64,000 nucleotides of DNA from Candidatus Eiseniibacteriota bacterium. GTDB taxonomy: Bacteria; Eisenbacteria; RBG-16-71-46. The position numbers and the translations under genes were made by a program. The notes beneath the pieces were generated by a model. That model saw only the letters and a program-made list of their open reading frames with translations. It was not told the origin of the DNA and did not search any database. The stretch covers positions 704,001-768,000 of the forward strand of contig CAVSAC010000014.1 of assembly GCA_963725865.1 (NCBI GenBank), read 5' to 3'. This document shows, one piece after another, positions 60,094 to 64,000 of the stretch. Every line of letters begins with the position of its first letter. Positions within the stretch are counted from its first letter, which is position 1.

Positions 60094-62739
60094 ATGTTGA
60101 AGCATCGCCCACGTCGCGCCCGCCCCACGGGCGCGGCCCTGCTCGCGGCCGTTCCCATGCTCGCGCTCGCAGTCCTGCTGGGTGCACCGGTCGTGCGCGC
60201 CCAGAGCAGCGCGATGCCTGCCGAGCAGGAGGCCCAGGCGCGCGCGATCAAGCTCGAGCAGCGCCGGCGCCTGATGGCGGGGCCGCTGCACCACCTCCAG
60301 CAGGCACGCGAGTACGCGAAGAACGTGCGCCGCGCGGAGAAGAAGCACCTGCCGCTGCCGAAGCGCGGAGTGGGCCTGAAGAAGCCGCCGATCGACGTCG
60401 ACAACACGCCGCTGCTCGCGGGCGCGCTGCCGCGCTATTCGGTCGAGCAGGCGCTGACGACCCCGACGAACGTGCCGTGCAGCAATCCGACCGGTGACGT
60501 CGCGGGCGCCGGGCAGGCCGAGCAGGCGATCGCCACGTGGGGCCAGTACGCGCTGGTCGCGTGGAACGACGGCCAGGGCTTCAGCGTCGGACCCGACACC
60601 CAGGGCTACGGCTACTCGGTGGATGGCGGCGCCACGTTCACCGACGGCGGCATGGTCCCGAAGACCATCCCGACCGGCACCTGGACCAGCGATCCGGTCG
60701 TCACCGTGAACGAGAAGACCGGTGAGTTCTGGTACTGCGGGCTGTACGACCAGGACGCGACCCACAGCGGCATCGGCGTGGTGAAGTCGACGTTCTCCGG
60801 AGTCGCGCCGCCCACGTGGGGCACGGTGCGAATCCCCGACATGCAGCTCAACAGCACGTTCTTCATCGACAAGCAGTGGTGCGTCGTGGATTCGCTGAAC
60901 GGCAACCTGTACGTGACCTACACCAAGTTCACGGCGTTCGACGACACCATCATGTTCACGCGCTCGATCGACGGCGGCGTGAGCTGGAGCGCCCCGCTGG
61001 CGCTCAGCAATCCGGCCACCGCGGGCGCGCAGCAGGGCTCGCGCCCGGTGGTGGGCCCGAACGGCGAGGTGTACGTCGTCTGGAGCGAGCTGGGACCGAT
61101 CGACGCCGACTTCTTCAAGCTCCGCAAGTCGACCGACTTCGGCGTGACGTTCGCGCCGGAGGTCAACGCCGGCTCGGTGTTCTCGAACTTCGGAACCGGC
61201 GCGCCCGGCTTCAACCGCGAGCGCTCCGTCGACTTCCCGTCGATCGCCGTGGACCGCACCCGCGGTCCCCACCGCGGCCGGATCTACCTCGCGTACCACG
61301 AGGCGATCAACTGGTACAACGACGCCCTCGGCACCGGCGGCAGCAAGGTCGAGGTCGAGAACAACAACGCGTTCTCGGCCGCCACGCCGTTCACGCCCGG
61401 CCAGACGGTGCGGGGCACGTTCTCGAGCACCACCGACGTCGACTGGTTCTCGTTCACGGGCACCCAGGGGACCAGCTACATCTTCGCGGTCGACTCGATC
61501 CCGCGGCCGCTGTACACGCTCCGCACCTACTGTACCGACGGCACCACGCGGCTGACCTACGCCGGCGAGCTGTTCTCCTCGGGCGGGCAGTCGTTCACGG
61601 TGTTCACCGCGCCCGCCAACGCCACCTACTACGTGCGCATGTTCTACGTGACGGGCGGCGTCGGCACCGGCGGCTATCGCATCCGCACCGGCGTGAACAC
61701 TCCGGGCCCCGAGATCGGGCGCGACCAGCGCGACATCTCGGTGACGTTCTCCGACAACGGGACGTCGTGGGCGACCTCGCGACGCGTGAACGAGGAGTCG
61801 GCGTTCTTCGACGACTGGCTGCCCGAGGTCGCGGTGGGCGCCGACGGCACGCCGTACATCATGTGGTACGACTGGCGCGATGCGCTCCCGTGCGCGGCGG
61901 CCTCGCAGGTGTACATCTCGCGCTCGCTCGACGGCGGCGCGACCTGGCTGGCGTCGCAGAAGGTGACGACCGCGAGCACGCCGTGGTCCACGGTCAGCTC
62001 CAACATCGCCCCCAACGAGGGCGACTACAACTTCATGTTCGGCGACGACCGCTACGTGCGACCGGCGTGGGCCGACGGCCGCCTCGGCACGCCGGACGTC
62101 TTCACCGCGGCGATCGACACCTGGTTCTCACTCGCGAGCTGCCCGCCGGACACCAGCCGCGATCCGGGTGCCGTGCTCAGCCTCACCGCGAACGTGGTGA
62201 ACCAGAATCCGCTGTTCGCGAACGACTACTCGGCGCAGCTCACGCCGGCGCGCAACTGGCCGTTGAGCTCGCCGACGCCAATCTCGGTCGGCGCGGGCGC
62301 CAGCAACAGCGGGCTCGTCAGCCTGTCGGTGCCGGATTCGGCGGCCGCCGGCGTGGTGCCGGTGTGCCTGACGGTCACCAGCCCGGTGGGCGCGCTGGTG
62401 CGGTCCTGCTGCTTCAACCTCACCGTGAATCCCACCGCCGGCGTGGGCTTCGGCGACGTCTCGTTCGGCCTCCGCCAGAACATGCCGAACCCGGTGCATG
62501 GCGGCGGCACGCGCATCGACTTCCTGCTGCCGAGTTCGGGTCCCGTGCGGCTCGAGATCTTCGGTCTCAACGGCGAGCGAGTCCGCACGCTGGTCGACGG
62601 CGTGCGCTCCGCGGGGATCGGCTCGGTCCAGTGGGACGCGCGGGACGATCGCGGTCACCGCGTGAACGCGGGCACCTACTTCTACCGCCTGACCGCCGCC
62701 GGTCGGACGGCGTCGAAGCGCCTGGTGGTCCTGCCTTAA
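60094..62739 (+). CDS. Paralogous secreted Asp-box propeller protein with FlgD-Ig-like C-terminal domain
   Basis: GGAGG RBS; same Asp-box/PPC layout; C-terminal 'QNMPNP...WDARDDRG...AGTYFYRL'. Confidence 0.87.
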   Translation: MLKHRPRRARPTGAALLAAVPMLALAVLLGAPVVRAQSSAMPAEQEAQARAIKLEQRRRLMAGPLHHLQQAREYAKNVRRAEKKHLPLPKRGVGLKKPPIDVDNTPLLAGALPRYSVEQALTTPTNVPCSNPTGDVAGAGQAEQAIATWGQYALVAWNDGQGFSVGPDTQGYGYSVDGGATFTDGGMVPKTIPTGTWTSDPVVTVNEKTGEFWYCGLYDQDATHSGIGVVKSTFSGVAPPTWGTVRIPDMQLNSTFFIDKQWCVVDSLNGNLYVTYTKFTAFDDTIMFTRSIDGGVSWSAPLALSNPATAGAQQGSRPVVGPNGEVYVVWSELGPIDADFFKLRKSTDFGVTFAPEVNAGSVFSNFGTGAPGFNRERSVDFPSIAVDRTRGPHRGRIYLAYHEAINWYNDALGTGGSKVEVENNNAFSAATPFTPGQTVRGTFSSTTDVDWFSFTGTQGTSYIFAVDSIPRPLYTLRTYCTDGTTRLTYAGELFSSGGQSFTVFTAPANATYYVRMFYVTGGVGTGGYRIRTGVNTPGPEIGRDQRDISVTFSDNGTSWATSRRVNEESAFFDDWLPEVAVGADGTPYIMWYDWRDALPCAAASQVYISRSLDGGATWLASQKVTTASTPWSTVSSNIAPNEGDYNFMFGDDRYVRPAWADGRLGTPDVFTAAIDTWFSLASCPPDTSRDPGAVLSLTANVVNQNPLFANDYSAQLTPARNWPLSSPTPISVGAGASNSGLVSLSVPDSAAAGVVPVCLTVTSPVGALVRSCCFNLTVNPTAGVGFGDVSFGLRQNMPNPVHGGGTRIDFLLPSSGPVRLEIFGLNGERVRTLVDGVRSAGIGSVQWDARDDRGHRVNAGTYFYRLTAAGRTASKRLVVLP

Positions 62740-62930
62740 GCGCACGGCCGGCGTCCCACGCCGGACGCACCTCAACGAGCCCCGGTCGCCCGCGCGGCGG
62801 CCGGGGCTCCGTGCGTCCGGGCGCGCCGCGGGGCGACTGCACTCGCCCGCCCCGCTCGCCCGCGCGGCGGCCACGCCTCCGCGCGTCCGGGTGCGCCCGG
62901 CGCCGCCCGGTTCCGCGCTTCAGAAACCCC

Positions 62931-62983
62931 TTGACCCTGCCGACGACGTGAATAATTATTCGCGATCTTGAATAGTCATCCAC
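62931..62983 (+). promoter_or_regulatory. argR promoter with tandem ARG boxes
   Basis: TTGACC -35; TGAATAATTATTCG (62949-62962) and TGAATAGTCATCCA (62969-62982), 20-bp period. Confidence 0.88.
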
Positions 62984-63006
62984 CGCCTTCGGAGGTCCGA
63001 ACCGCC

Positions 63007-63483
63007 ATGCCGCGTCCCCGCCGCCTCGCCCTGCTGGCCCGCCTGCTGAGCGGCCGGCGCTTCTCCAACCAGGAGGAGCTGCAGCGCGCGCTCGCGCGCG
63101 AGGGCGTCGAGGTCACCCAGGCCACGCTGTCGCGCGACCTGCGCAGCCTCGGCGTCGGCAAGCGCCCGGGTGCCGACGGCCGCACGGTCTACACGCTGCC
63201 GGCGCCGGCGACCGAGACCCTCGACCGCGATCGCCAGCTGCTCGACCTGCGGACGTTCGTGAACGAGGTCCAGGTCGCGCAGAACCTCGCCGTGGTGCGC
63301 ACGCCGCCCGGGCACGCCCACGGCGTGGCGCGCGCCATCGACCTCGCGGAGTTCGCGGGTTTCGTCGGCTCGGTGGCCGGCGACGACACCGTGCTCTGCG
63401 TGATGAGTGACCGCACCGGCGCGCGCGGTCTCAAGCGCCGGCTCGACCAGATCGCCGGCCGCTCCACCACCACGGGAAGATGA
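63007..63483 (+). CDS. argR: Arginine repressor
   Basis: 'NQEELQ', '[10 protein letters not shown]', 'VRTPPGHA', 'GSVAGDDT'. Confidence 0.96.
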   Translation: MPRPRRLALLARLLSGRRFSNQEELQRALAREGVEVTQATLSRDLRSLGVGKRPGADGRTVYTLPAPATETLDRDRQLLDLRTFVNEVQVAQNLAVVRTPPGHAHGVARAIDLAEFAGFVGSVAGDDTVLCVMSDRTGARGLKRRLDQIAGRSTTTGR

Positions 63484-64000
63484 CCATGCGCGACGACGAT
63501 CCCGGAGCCCTCGCCCCCGTCACGGAGCGGCCGACCCCGGCCGCCCCGAGCCCGCACGCCACGACCGGTCGCACCGCGCGCCAGCAGGCGCGCATCGCGC
63601 TGCTGGGCGCGAGCGGCTACAGCGGCCAGGAGTTCGCGCGGCTGGCGCTCGGGCACCCGGGGCTCGAGTTGACGGTGCTGTGCTCGCGCGAGCACGCCGG
63701 GCGGCCCGCCGCCACGCTGCTGCCGGGGCTCGATCCGCGCGCGCAGGCGATGCCGTCGGTGGTGGATCCGGCCGCGCTCGAGGCGCTGCTCGACGCTCAC
63801 GCGTTCGACACGCTGGTGGTGTGCCTGCCGCACGGCGCGTGGCGGACGTTCGCGGCCGAGCATCCCGCGCTGGCGGCCGGCACCGCGCGCATCGTGGACC
63901 TCTCGAGCGACCACCGCGAGGGCGCCACCGGTTACGTCTACGGCCAGCCCGAAGCGTTCCGCGCGGCGATCCCGGCCGCCACGCGCATCGCCAACCCCGG
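63480..64000 (+). CDS. argC: N-acetyl-gamma-glutamyl-phosphate reductase, 3' truncated (not in ORF track)
   Basis: Own translation: '[14 protein letters not shown]', 'CLPHG', 'VDLSSDHR', 'YGQPE', 'IANP'; ATGA overlap with argR. Confidence 0.93.
   Translation, partial: MTMRDDDPGALAPVTERPTPAAPSPHATTGRTARQQARIALLGASGYSGQEFARLALGHPGLELTVLCSREHAGRPAATLLPGLDPRAQAMPSVVDPAALEALLDAHAFDTLVVCLPHGAWRTFAAEHPALAAGTARIVDLSSDHREGATGYVYGQPEAFRAAIPAATRIANP

Overview
A very GC-rich bacterial chromosome segment. The FlgD-Ig/T9SS-like C-terminal domains, the CHAT-ECF module and the Fibrobacter-type LexA box suggest an FCB-related lineage such as Ca. Eisenbacteria; this is inference only. The core content is the rpmH-rnpA-yidD-yidC-jag-mnmE-mnmG-rsmG-parA-parB cluster with two parS sites but no adjacent dnaA. 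It also holds lexA, ribA, queE-queC-queD, a DtxR-feoA-feoB unit, fhs, argR-argC, an RND pump, two TonB-dependent receptors and several envelope and signalling genes. No rRNA, tRNA, CRISPR array or clearly intact mobile element was recognised. Best leads: (1) lexA followed by a structured RNA/terminator switch, a second putative SOS box and an IS200-type HUH protein that lacks the catalytic tyrosine; (2) a promoter-bearing, ORF-less ~300-nt multi-hairpin/pseudoknot RNA candidate at 29.3-29.6 kb; (3) a secreted leader ORF whose stop codon abuts a stem that hides the ribosome-binding site of a TonB receptor; (4) a membrane-anchored exported CHAT protease encoded with an ECF sigma/zinc anti-sigma pair; (5) a HEAT-repeat and HD-GYP gene pair sharing an unnamed N-terminal domain. 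Three single-base insertions (esterase, feoA twice) look like assembly errors. All calls come from visual motif reading; no searches were run.
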